This document shows positions 20,695-29,592 of a stretch of DNA of 31,652 nucleotides, one piece after another. The notes under the pieces are model-generated. The model saw nothing but the letters and a program-made list of their open reading frames with translations, searched no databases and was not told the origin of the DNA. Numbering within the stretch: the stretch's first letter is position 1; each line of letters starts with the position of its first letter. The stretch is from Nitrospirota bacterium. Its GTDB lineage: Bacteria > Nitrospirota > Thermodesulfovibrionia > Thermodesulfovibrionales > Dissulfurispiraceae. A program made the position numbers and the translations under genes. The stretch spans positions 1 to 31,652 of the forward strand of contig DUZI01000001.1 in NCBI GenBank assembly GCA_013349595.1. The letters are read 5' to 3'.

Positions 20695-21689
20695 TTTCAA
20701 GAGATGATATTGTCATAGTAACAGTGACCTATTCTGAACGATGGGATTATCTCAAAAAATCCATCAAATCGTGCATATTACAAGGCATAAGGAACTTTGT
20801 CATTTTTGCTAACGGGATTAAATACAATCTTAACGAAAAGATAACCCAGGAATTTTCAAATAGAGGAGATATTATTTTTAATATCTTAAGCGAAAAGACC
20901 AATAAGGGATCTGCCTTTGGCTACAACCTTGCCATTTCAGAGGCATTTAAGTCCAATAAATCCTATATAATGTTGCTTGACGATGATGGCGAATTACAAG
21001 AGGGCTGTATTAACAAACTCATAGATGCATATGATTTACTTAGCAAAGAATACGGCATAGATAATCTTATGATTAGTGCCTTAAGGAAAGAGCATATAAG
21101 TGATATTAAAGAAGGCATCATAGAAAGGATGAGAAAAAATGCCTTTAGGAGATTTCACATAGCTGAGATATTTCACAGAATAATGAGGCATTCAATAATC
21201 ACCTACCCTGAAAAGATTGCTATCCCCTATGCTGTATATAGCGGGCTTTTTTTTCACAAATCCGTAATCAATAGGTTTGGACTGCCAAATAAATCCTTTT
21301 GTCTTTATGGAGATGACTTGGAGTTTACCTATCGTATGACATCAAATGGTGGGGTAATATTTCTAATTACAAATGCACAGATAAGCGATATTCAGATGTC
21401 TTGGTGGTGTAGAAAAAGTTATGGAAATCCCTTTGATGCCCTTATACTTGGGGGTATTGACAGACTTATCTATTATGCCTTTAGAAATGAGGTATATTTT
21501 GAGAAATACTGTTGCAAAAAGACGGGAATTATCTATAATCTCCACAAATATACTTTTATGCTAATCCTGTTCTTAAATGCCTTAAGACATAGGAGATTAA
21601 AGAGATTCAAGATCCTCTTAGATGCCCTAAAAGATGGAAACAAAGGCATATTGGGTGAGAACATAAACTATCCCCTGAATAACGATTAA
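20691..21689 (+). CDS. Glycosyltransferase family 2
   Basis: VTVTYS, NKGSAFG, LLDDD, GLPNKSFCLYGDDLEF. Confidence 0.88.
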   Translation: MISRDDIVIVTVTYSERWDYLKKSIKSCILQGIRNFVIFANGIKYNLNEKITQEFSNRGDIIFNILSEKTNKGSAFGYNLAISEAFKSNKSYIMLLDDDGELQEGCINKLIDAYDLLSKEYGIDNLMISALRKEHISDIKEGIIERMRKNAFRRFHIAEIFHRIMRHSIITYPEKIAIPYAVYSGLFFHKSVINRFGLPNKSFCLYGDDLEFTYRMTSNGGVIFLITNAQISDIQMSWWCRKSYGNPFDALILGGIDRLIYYAFRNEVYFEKYCCKKTGIIYNLHKYTFMLILFLNALRHRRLKRFKILLDALKDGNKGILGENINYPLNND

Positions 21690-21701
21690 TGAGCATATCT
21701 T

Positions 21702-22679
21702 ATGGTTTATATAATCTTAATTAACTACAATGGCTGGCATCATACAATCTTATGTCTTGAAAGTCTTTTAAATTTAGACTACGAAGAATTTAAGATAATA
21801 ATTATAGATAATGGCTCAAGGGATAGCTCTGTTGACATTATCAAGATGTGGCTTGACAATAGGTTATGTGCTTATATTGACAAAGGACATCCTCTACGAA
21901 GCCTTATAGATTCATCAATGGCACGAGATTATAAAAAAATCAATCTTATCGAGAATAATCATAATCTCGGCTTTGCAGGTGCTAATAATAAAGGCATGCA
22001 GATTGCCCTATCAGATGATGCTTGCAAATATGTTTGGTTATTAAATAATGACACCATTGCATCAAGGGATAGTCTAAAGAAGATGATTAGTTGTGCTGAA
22101 AATAAAGCAAACAAAAAGATTGGTATAATTGGCAGTAAGTTAATGTATTTTGACAGTCCAGAGGTAATAAATGGGCTTGGTGGAAAGTATATTAAATGTA
22201 TTGGCAAACCCATTCAATTAGGTATCAATGAGATTGACAGAGGACAATCTTTTAAAGAGATTGATTATGTCATTGGTGCGTCTATGCTTGTTAGAAAGGA
22301 ATTTATTATTGATGTAGGCTTATTATCTGAGGATTACTTTCTCTATTATGAGGAATTGGACTGGTCTATAAGGGCAAAGCAGAAAGGTTGGCAGATAATG
22401 CAATGCAATGAAGCCATAGTCTATCACAAAGAAGGCTCAACAATTGGCTCAAACAAGAGATTAAAAACAAAGACAGTTGTTACTGATTACTACACCAATA
22501 GAAACAGGATTTTGATAACTAAAAGGTATTTTCCGCTTTACCTACCTACTGTCTTAATGGCATCTGTCATCAATTGTATCTTGAGGGCATGGCAAGATGG
22601 CTACTCAACAATAGGAATAATTTGTAAGGCAATCTTGCACGGACTAAATGGTAAAAAGGCTTTCTATGAAGGATTATAA
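21702..22679 (+). CDS. Glycosyltransferase family 2 (rhamnosyltransferase-like)
   Basis: IILINYNG, IDNGS, NLGFAGANN, LLNNDT, FLYYEELDW. Confidence 0.92.
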   Translation: MVYIILINYNGWHHTILCLESLLNLDYEEFKIIIIDNGSRDSSVDIIKMWLDNRLCAYIDKGHPLRSLIDSSMARDYKKINLIENNHNLGFAGANNKGMQIALSDDACKYVWLLNNDTIASRDSLKKMISCAENKANKKIGIIGSKLMYFDSPEVINGLGGKYIKCIGKPIQLGINEIDRGQSFKEIDYVIGASMLVRKEFIIDVGLLSEDYFLYYEELDWSIRAKQKGWQIMQCNEAIVYHKEGSTIGSNKRLKTKTVVTDYYTNRNRILITKRYFPLYLPTVLMASVINCILRAWQDGYSTIGIICKAILHGLNGKKAFYEGL

Positions 22680-23787
22680 AATAGCACTCATTCACGATTG
22701 GCTTGTCACAATAGCTGGTGCAGAATCAGTCTTAAGCACAATCTATGAACTTTATCCAGCTGATATTTTTACCCTTGTTTCAAATACAGATGCACTCAGG
22801 GGAACTATTTTTGAAAATGCCACAGTCTATGAGTCCTTTATAAAAAAAATGCCTTTTTCAATAAAACATTACAGAAAATACCTTCCCATTATGCCACTTG
22901 CCATTGAGGACTTTGACCTAAGAGACTATGATATAGTCATCTCAAGCAGCCATGCAGTAGCAAAAGGGGTATTGACCTCATCAAGACAACTCCATATATC
23001 TTACATCCACACACCTATGAGATATGCTTGGGATATGTATCACTTGTATTTAAAACAAGCTGGACTTCAAGGCTCTCTCAAGGGATTACTTGCAAAGCTT
23101 ATATTACACTACTTACGACTGTGGGACTACCAGTCTATTGACAGGGTTGACTATATCATTGCCAATTCAAACTATGTAAAAAAGAGGATTTACAAGATTT
23201 ACAAAAGAGATTCAGAGGTAATCTATCCACCCGTTGATTTATCAGGCTTTGATTATCAAAAGAAAAAAGATGATTATTTTATTACCATCTCAAGACTTGT
23301 CCCCTATAAAAGAATTGATTTGATAGTCACTGCCTTTAGTCAAATGCCTGAACTGAGGTTGATTGTCATTGGTGATGGGCCTGATATGGATAAGATAAGT
23401 TCATTGGCAAAATCCAATATTGAACTCCTTGGTTGGCAATCAAAGGACCATCTTAAGGACTATTTAGAGTCTGCGAGGGCTTTTGTCTTCTCTGCAGAAG
23501 AAGACTTTGGGATTGTGCCTGTGGAGGCACAGGCTTGTGGATGTCCTGTAATTGCCTATTCACAAGGAGGCACCTCTGAAACAGTTGTAAATGGCAAGAC
23601 TGGTATATTCTTTCACAGCCAGTCCGTTGATGCCATTATGAAAGGGGTTAGAGAATTCATTCAGATAGAGAATAGTTTTGATTCAAAAACTATCAGAGAA
23701 AATGCTGAGAGATTTAGTAAGGATAAGTTCAAGTCTGCCTTTACTAATTTTGTTGAGACAAAGGTGAAGGTGTTTTTTAATGAATAA
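22666..23787 (+). CDS. Glycosyltransferase family 4 (WbaZ-like); start adjusted from 22648
   Basis: KIALIHDWL..GAE.V, SSSHAVAKG, HTPMRYAWD, EEDFGIVPVEAQACG. Confidence 0.9.
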   Translation: MKDYKIALIHDWLVTIAGAESVLSTIYELYPADIFTLVSNTDALRGTIFENATVYESFIKKMPFSIKHYRKYLPIMPLAIEDFDLRDYDIVISSSHAVAKGVLTSSRQLHISYIHTPMRYAWDMYHLYLKQAGLQGSLKGLLAKLILHYLRLWDYQSIDRVDYIIANSNYVKKRIYKIYKRDSEVIYPPVDLSGFDYQKKKDDYFITISRLVPYKRIDLIVTAFSQMPELRLIVIGDGPDMDKISSLAKSNIELLGWQSKDHLKDYLESARAFVFSAEEDFGIVPVEAQACGCPVIAYSQGGTSETVVNGKTGIFFHSQSVDAIMKGVREFIQIENSFDSKTIRENAERFSKDKFKSAFTNFVETKVKVFFNE

Positions 23788-25198
23788 CACACTTTACTTA
23801 GTAATTCTAATCATTACAGACCTAATCGCCTTTTACATATCCTTTGCCCTTGCATATATCACAAGGCTCGGCTTAAATCTGATATTTGCTGGGCTGCCAA
23901 TCTTTGATATACCTATGTCATTTTTCATCAGACAAATTTGGATACCTTTAATACTATTGTCCCTTTTATGGTATCAAGGGCTATATATAAAGAGACAAAA
24001 CTTCTGGCTTGATGCAAAAGACATTACAAAGTCTGTATTATTCTCATTAATAATTGTCCTTGCAGTTATTACATTGTCAAAAATGACTGATGAGATATCA
24101 AGGCTTTTTGTGTTGTTAATGTTTGTTTATTGTCTTTTTATCACACCACTAACAAGGCTCTTTGTAAAAAAAATACTTCATTTAAGGGGATTTGCCACTC
24201 AGAAAGTAGTCTTAATTTGTCCTATGGAAGATGTTAATAATTTATCTCAACTAATTGAAGGAGATAAGTATTTAGGCTTTCAGATAGGAGCCATATTTAG
24301 CAATGAAAGGGCAGAGATAAGTATTGACGGGAGAATAGTAAAAATTTACAAGTCAACAAAATGGCTAAAAAGGATTGCCCAGATAATCTCAGCCCAGACT
24401 GCCTTTGTCTCATTCAGAAATGAAATGGCTTCGGAAGTCAATATTCGTCAGATACAGATGATGGTTAAAAAAATCTATGTCATCCCAGATATAGATTTGA
24501 TAACCCATCTAAAGACGGAGATTATCCCACTTTTACGAGATGATTTGCCCTTACTGTTTATTAAAAACAATCTAAAAGAGCCTGTAAATACGATTCTTAA
24601 AGGCATATTCGACTATATCTTTACAATTTTGCTTTTTCCGTTTTTTATTCCCCTTGTCCTTTTATCAGCTGTATTGATAAAGATTGATTCAAGGGGTCCT
24701 GTATTTTTTAAACAAAAAAGGGTAGGTAAAGGTGGGAAGGAGTTTGAAGTTTATAAATTTAGGACTATGTATCTTGACAACCAGTCAAGGCTTGATAAAT
24801 ACCTTAAAGCAAACCCAGAGGCAAGAGAACAAATGGAGATGTTTTGTAAACTAAAAGATGACCCAAGGATAACTCACATTGGAAGACTTTTAAGAAAGAC
24901 CTCTATTGATGAACTCCCACAATTAATCAATGTCCTCAAGGGTGAGATGAGTCTTGTAGGTCCAAGACCTGCCTTTAAAGAAGAACTATCAAACTATTAC
25001 AGAGATTTGGCTGATTTTTATAAAGAAGTCAAGCCTGGAATAACAGGACTCTGGCAAGTATCAGGACGAAATCAACTTACTATGAAAGATAGGGCAAGGC
25101 TTGAAGCCTTTTATGTGATTAACTGGTCTCTTTGGTTTGATATAGTTATACTGTTTAAAACTATAAAGGTAGTATTAAAAAAAGAGGGTGCCTATTAG
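23780..25198 (+). CDS. wbaP: Undecaprenyl-phosphate hexose-1-phosphate transferase (WbaP/WcaJ family)
   Basis: N-terminal TMs; YKFRTM, DDPRIT, RKTSIDELPQL, GEMSLVGPRP, KPGITGLWQVSGR. Confidence 0.9.
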   Translation: MNNTLYLVILIITDLIAFYISFALAYITRLGLNLIFAGLPIFDIPMSFFIRQIWIPLILLSLLWYQGLYIKRQNFWLDAKDITKSVLFSLIIVLAVITLSKMTDEISRLFVLLMFVYCLFITPLTRLFVKKILHLRGFATQKVVLICPMEDVNNLSQLIEGDKYLGFQIGAIFSNERAEISIDGRIVKIYKSTKWLKRIAQIISAQTAFVSFRNEMASEVNIRQIQMMVKKIYVIPDIDLITHLKTEIIPLLRDDLPLLFIKNNLKEPVNTILKGIFDYIFTILLFPFFIPLVLLSAVLIKIDSRGPVFFKQKRVGKGGKEFEVYKFRTMYLDNQSRLDKYLKANPEAREQMEMFCKLKDDPRITHIGRLLRKTSIDELPQLINVLKGEMSLVGPRPAFKEELSNYYRDLADFYKEVKPGITGLWQVSGRNQLTMKDRARLEAFYVINWSLWFDIVILFKTIKVVLKKEGAY

Positions 25199-25202
25199 AA
25201 GA

Positions 25203-25922
25203 TCAGAGCAGATCCTTTAACTCATTGACTATACTTTTTAGTCTTTCTTTTTTTTGGAGTTCAACTACATCAAACTTAAAGGCAAAACGTGCTTTATCAG
25301 ATGACATATTTATATCAAGTGCCTGTATCCTTATTACTACCGCATTAACCACAAAAGTTTCACCTGAACCATTGTTCAAAAAACTGATAGATACCTTATC
25401 AAGGATATTAGGGATTGGCTCTTTTGTATTTAAATTCATTAATATGCCACCAAAGCTAATATCAACAATATCACCGTTGGTCTTTTTATCACTAAAGGAA
25501 ATCTCCACCTTGCCAGATAATCCATGCCTTTCATGCTCCCTGCGGTCAAACTTTTCGTGTATCTCTGCCAACTTCCTTATAAAAGCATCTATGGTAAAAG
25601 GCAGAGTTATAAAGCCATCTGCCCCCTCTTTTAAGCTATTTATAACATCCTCTTTATCATTTCTTGAAGCGATAATTAGGGCATAGGAGTTTTTTATTTG
25701 TTTTGACTTAAAGGTCTTCAGAAGTTCTAAATGATTAAGTTCCTTATCAGTTATATTTATGACAATTAAATCATAATCTTTCTCTTGAATCTTGATTAAG
25801 GCATCTAAAAAATCATTTGAGTCATCAATATCAACCTCCCGATAAGCCTTCTCAAGTGCAAACTTCAGGTTGTTTCTTTGTTCCTTTGAACTATCAACTA
25901 GGATAAATTTTAGCCCGTTCAT
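25203..25922 (-). CDS. Degenerate receiver domain fused to PilZ
   Basis: REC-like N-terminus lacking the phospho-Asp and conserved Lys; RREHER and DISFGG PilZ motifs. Confidence 0.82.
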   Translation of the reverse strand: MNGLKFILVDSSKEQRNNLKFALEKAYREVDIDDSNDFLDALIKIQEKDYDLIVINITDKELNHLELLKTFKSKQIKNSYALIIASRNDKEDVINSLKEGADGFITLPFTIDAFIRKLAEIHEKFDRREHERHGLSGKVEISFSDKKTNGDIVDISFGGILMNLNTKEPIPNILDKVSISFLNNGSGETFVVNAVVIRIQALDINMSSDKARFAFKFDVVELQKKERLKSIVNELKDLL

Positions 25923-26434
25923 TTATACCTCTTAACAGTGAATTTGTATAATTCTATATCATTATCGTCAGGATTAATACCAGCCTTCATTTTTGTAATT
26001 CGTAACTGCTCTTGGACAGTATTTACCCCTTCAATATCAGGCAACAAAAGACCCCTTTTATATCCTTTAGATACAATCACTCCAAATTTTTTAGGATCTA
26101 ATTCAGAAATATCGTTAACCATCATTGGTTCTGACAGGACATCTACAGATATATCAATTTCTGATAACTCATCCGGATTTACCTTTGGGAATCTCGGGTC
26201 TTCCTGCGATGCAGAGATGGCATTAATAACAATCTCCTCAAAGATATTATCCCTTGTAGGCATAAAAGTCCCTATACAACCCCTCAAAAGCCCTTTCTTC
26301 TTTAATGAAACAAAGACACCAGCCTTGATTTTAAAATCATCAGATAACTCGGATGGAGACTTTAGAGGCTTGCCTGTCTTTAAATAGTATTCAATAGATT
26401 TTCTTGCCAAATCTACATAGGGATGGTTACTCAT
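25919..26434 (-). CDS. amrA: AmmeMemoRadiSam system protein A (AMMECR1 family)
   Basis: GVFVSL...LRGCIGT, DPRF, SVDVLS, GLLLP. Confidence 0.92.
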   Translation of the reverse strand: MSNHPYVDLARKSIEYYLKTGKPLKSPSELSDDFKIKAGVFVSLKKKGLLRGCIGTFMPTRDNIFEEIVINAISASQEDPRFPKVNPDELSEIDISVDVLSEPMMVNDISELDPKKFGVIVSKGYKRGLLLPDIEGVNTVQEQLRITKMKAGINPDDNDIELYKFTVKRYK

Positions 26435-26503
26435 TTTTTACTCCTTAAAAAAACTAATTAAGCATATGGATTCTCTTACACCAAAGAATACATATAATCT
26501 ATT

Positions 26504-26647
26504 CCGAGATCCAGCGATAAGGATAAGTCTCTTTCATTCAGGAGCTATGTTTTGACAGTTCTATTGCTCATTTCGCTACAGCCGCAAAGAACTGTTGCCC
26601 AAACATCGCTATTCGCTTCAGAGCCCCATCCTTATCGCTGTATTTGG
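26504..26647. repeat. Family B ~140-bp hairpin element (MITE/REPIN-like), complete copy
   Basis: Perfect 13-bp inverted ends CAGCGATAAGGAT (26512-26524) / ATCCTTATCGCTG (26628-26640); internal imperfect inverted arms; second copy at the window end. Confidence 0.85.
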
Positions 26648-26648
26648 A

Positions 26649-27632
26649 CTATTTTTGCCTCTTCAAAGAATACTCTGCAAGGGCAATAAGCCTTTGCTTT
26701 GTAATAGATGGCTCAAAAATATTTATACACTCCTTTGCCTGATTAATAAAATCTAATGCCACTGCCATTGACTCATCAATCGATTTGTATTCTGAAAAAA
26801 AAGTCCTAATCCTTTCCATTGTTGCCTTCTTATCCTTTATATTTGCATAATTTTTTACAATGTCTCTAACCTCACTTGATACCTCTGATGGTGAGTTTTT
26901 TAGTAAACTAATGAGGGGCATTGTAATCTTGCCCTCCTCTAAATCCTTGCCGAGTTTTTTCCCTAGTGTCTTTGGATTAGCAGAATAATCAAGGACATCA
27001 TCAACAAGCTGAAAGGCTATACCTGTATTTTTTCCAAAATCCATAAGCCTGTCCTCAACTTGAGGTGATTGATTTGCTATTATCGCACCAATCTTACATG
27101 CCGATGATATTAATACAGCTGTCTTTCCAGAGATAATCTTGTAATAATCTTCAATAGATATATCGGGGTCTGCAGTCTTTTCAAGTTGAAGTATCTCTGC
27201 CTCTGTCATCTTTGTAGTGGCAAAAGAAAGTGTCTCCATTATCTTTTGATTTTTCTGTAATACAGCAAGTCTCAGGGCATTTGAATATAGATAATCTCCT
27301 ACCAAAATTACGATCTGATTTCCCCACTTTGAATTAGCAGATGGCTTACCACGTCTTGTATCTGCTCTATCAATCACATCATCGTGCAGCAGCGATGCAG
27401 TATGAATGGCTTCAATAATAGCTGCAAGGTGGATTTTATTATCACTTTTTGAACCACATAAATCAGCACTTAACAACAAAAAAAGGGGTCTTAACCTCTT
27501 TCCACCACTATTGATTATATGGTAGCCAATGGTTGGCAACAAGGTTGGAGTCCCTTGAAAGATATTGAGCAATTCTTTTTCAACGGCTAATAATTCCTCA
27601 TGATAATGAGCAATAACCTCGTTAAAATTCAT
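26649..27632 (-). CDS. Long-chain trans-polyprenyl diphosphate synthase
   Basis: GGKRLRP, LLHDDVID...RRG, FQLVDDVLD, GKDLEEGK.T. Confidence 0.95.
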   Translation of the reverse strand: MNFNEVIAHYHEELLAVEKELLNIFQGTPTLLPTIGYHIINSGGKRLRPLFLLLSADLCGSKSDNKIHLAAIIEAIHTASLLHDDVIDRADTRRGKPSANSKWGNQIVILVGDYLYSNALRLAVLQKNQKIMETLSFATTKMTEAEILQLEKTADPDISIEDYYKIISGKTAVLISSACKIGAIIANQSPQVEDRLMDFGKNTGIAFQLVDDVLDYSANPKTLGKKLGKDLEEGKITMPLISLLKNSPSEVSSEVRDIVKNYANIKDKKATMERIRTFFSEYKSIDESMAVALDFINQAKECINIFEPSITKQRLIALAEYSLKRQK

Positions 27633-28658
27633 TTATATCCTTATGCCTCTCAATTCTTCAGGCTTGAAGACACCCTTTTCAGTAAAAAAAGCGGTCACAT
27701 ATCTTGCAGGAGTAACATCAAAGGCATAGTTAAATATCTTTACACCTTCAGGTGCAATCCTTTGTCCCTGTATATAGGCAACTTCTTCAGGGTCTCTCTG
27801 TTCAATCCTAATCATATCCCCCGAGGACATATTAAAATCAATGCTACTTATTGGTGCGGCTACATAAAAAGGTATGTTGTGTTCCTTACACAAAACCGCT
27901 ACTGTATAAGTTCCAATCTTGTTTGCTACATCACCATTTAAAGTAGTCCTATCTGTCCCTACAATTGCCATATCAATCATACCTTGTTTCATCAACCAAC
28001 CAGCAGAATTGTCGGTTATTAAGGTTGCATCAATATCATTTTGCATCAACTCCCAAGCAGTCAATCGTGCACCTTGTAACACTGGTCTTGTCTCATCTGC
28101 AATCACTTTTATCTTCTTTCCCTGTTGCTTTGCAATAATCATAGGTGCAGTAGCCGTCCCGTAACCACCCGTAGCCAATGAGCCTGCGTTACAGTGTGTC
28201 AGTATGGTATCTCCATCCTTTATAAACTCTGCACCATATTGGCCAATCTTGAGATTTGCCTCAATGTCTTCCCTGTGAATAAGCATAGCCTCTTCGTAAA
28301 GTAGCCTCTTTAAGGTGTTGACATCTTTATCAGCATTATCAATAAGGAGTTTATCAAGCCTCTTCATTGCCCATTCTATATTTACAGCGGTAGGTCTTGT
28401 GGATATCATTGTATCCATGACCTTTTTAATAAAACGGTAAAAACCATCAAAATATGAGGTATTTTGATCTTGTGCAGATAATGCAACCCCCATAGCTGAG
28501 GCAATACCTATAGCCGGTGCCCCCCTGATTGACAAATTCTTGATAGCCTCTGCTACAACCCTGTAATCAGTACATTCAATATATTTAATCTCTAAGGGGA
28601 GCAACCTCTGGTCAAGTATAAATACCTTACCATTTCTCCACTCTACTGCATTTACCAT
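27633..28658 (-). CDS. mtnA: S-methyl-5-thioribose-1-phosphate isomerase
   Basis: LDQRLLP, IRGAPAIG, RPTAVN, THCNAG.LAT, ETRPVLQGARLT, NKIGTY. Confidence 0.96.
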   Translation of the reverse strand: MVNAVEWRNGKVFILDQRLLPLEIKYIECTDYRVVAEAIKNLSIRGAPAIGIASAMGVALSAQDQNTSYFDGFYRFIKKVMDTMISTRPTAVNIEWAMKRLDKLLIDNADKDVNTLKRLLYEEAMLIHREDIEANLKIGQYGAEFIKDGDTILTHCNAGSLATGGYGTATAPMIIAKQQGKKIKVIADETRPVLQGARLTAWELMQNDIDATLITDNSAGWLMKQGMIDMAIVGTDRTTLNGDVANKIGTYTVAVLCKEHNIPFYVAAPISSIDFNMSSGDMIRIEQRDPEEVAYIQGQRIAPEGVKIFNYAFDVTPARYVTAFFTEKGVFKPEELRGIRI

Positions 28659-28716
28659 GTGTTATATACCTCCATTGCTCCCCCTATTTTAAGAGGAGAG
28701 TGAGAGGAAATATAAA

Positions 28717-29292
28717 TTACCAATTTTCACCGTAAAGTTCGAAATGAGCTTGCGGATGGGCACAGGCTGGACATTGCTCTAGTGCTGATTTTCCATGATG
28801 CATATAGCCACAATTTCTACAACGCCAAGTGGTCTCATTATCCCGTTTAAAGACTATCCCTTTTTCAATATTTGACCTAAAATCATTATACCTCTTTTCA
28901 TGTTGTTTCTCTGCCACTGCTATTGCCTCAAAGATTTGAGCAATTGCATCAAAGCCCTCTTCTCTTGCAACCTTTGCAAAGCTTGGATACATAGTAGTAT
29001 GCTCATAATTTTCGCCTCCTGCGGCCTCTTTTAAATTCTCCACAGTTGAGCCAATCACACCTGCAGGGAAACTGCCACAAATCTCTACTTCTCCACCTTC
29101 AAGGAGCTTAAATAGTCTTTTTGCATGTTCCTTCTCCTGATTTGCAGTCTCTTCAAAGATAAAGGCAATCTGCTCATAACCTTCTTTTTTTGCCTGTTTT
29201 GCAAAATAAGTATAACGATTTCTTGCCTGTGACTCACCTGCAAAGGCAGTCAAGATGTTTTTCTCAGTCTTTGTCCCCTTTAATGACTTCAT
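28717..29292 (-). CDS. rbr: Rubrerythrin
   Basis: [24 protein letters not shown]-terminal WRCRNCGY...CPACAH rubredoxin domain; AAGGAGG RBS. Confidence 0.97.
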   Translation of the reverse strand: MKSLKGTKTEKNILTAFAGESQARNRYTYFAKQAKKEGYEQIAFIFEETANQEKEHAKRLFKLLEGGEVEICGSFPAGVIGSTVENLKEAAGGENYEHTTMYPSFAKVAREEGFDAIAQIFEAIAVAEKQHEKRYNDFRSNIEKGIVFKRDNETTWRCRNCGYMHHGKSALEQCPACAHPQAHFELYGENW

Positions 29293-29318
29293 AAATAAGA
29301 CCTCCTTGTGAAAAATTT

Positions 29319-29333
29319 TTATGATAATTATAC
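29319..29333 (-). promoter_or_regulatory. Putative PerR/Fur-family operator overlapping the rbr -10 element
   Basis: GTATAATTATCATAA has two mismatches to the Per box TTATAATNATTATAA and contains TATAAT. Confidence 0.55.
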
Positions 29334-29373
29334 CTTGTATGAATTAGATTAGTAAATTTGATGAATGCTCCTT

Positions 29374-29589
29374 AAAATAGCGATAAGAAGGGCTGTTTCA
29401 GGATTTTTATAATCAACAGATTTTATTTAATTTTGCTTTATTCATTATAATGCAATGCCTTATGACAAAGCCCAAGGAACTTTTTTTGTACGACGCCTTA
29501 TAAATATTGCATTATAAAAAATAAAGCAAAATTAAAATGAATTCGTCGATTATAAAAATTTTGAAACAGCCCTTCCTATCGCTATTTTT
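29374..29589. repeat. Family A repeat, copy 5: fold-back hybrid with two A-type arms
   Basis: Arms 29374-29456 and 29506-29588 are inverted copies (about 72/83 identical by manual alignment). Confidence 0.9.
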
Positions 29590-29592
29590 GGG

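Noticed and set aside
22648-22665. Longer GT4 start at 22648
   Set aside because: Gives a 32-nt overlap with the upstream GT2; family similarity begins at MKDYKIALIHDW (22666)
28659-28716. SAM riboswitch or terminator upstream of mtnA
   Set aside because: Gap is only 58 nt with weak pairing and no S-box consensus
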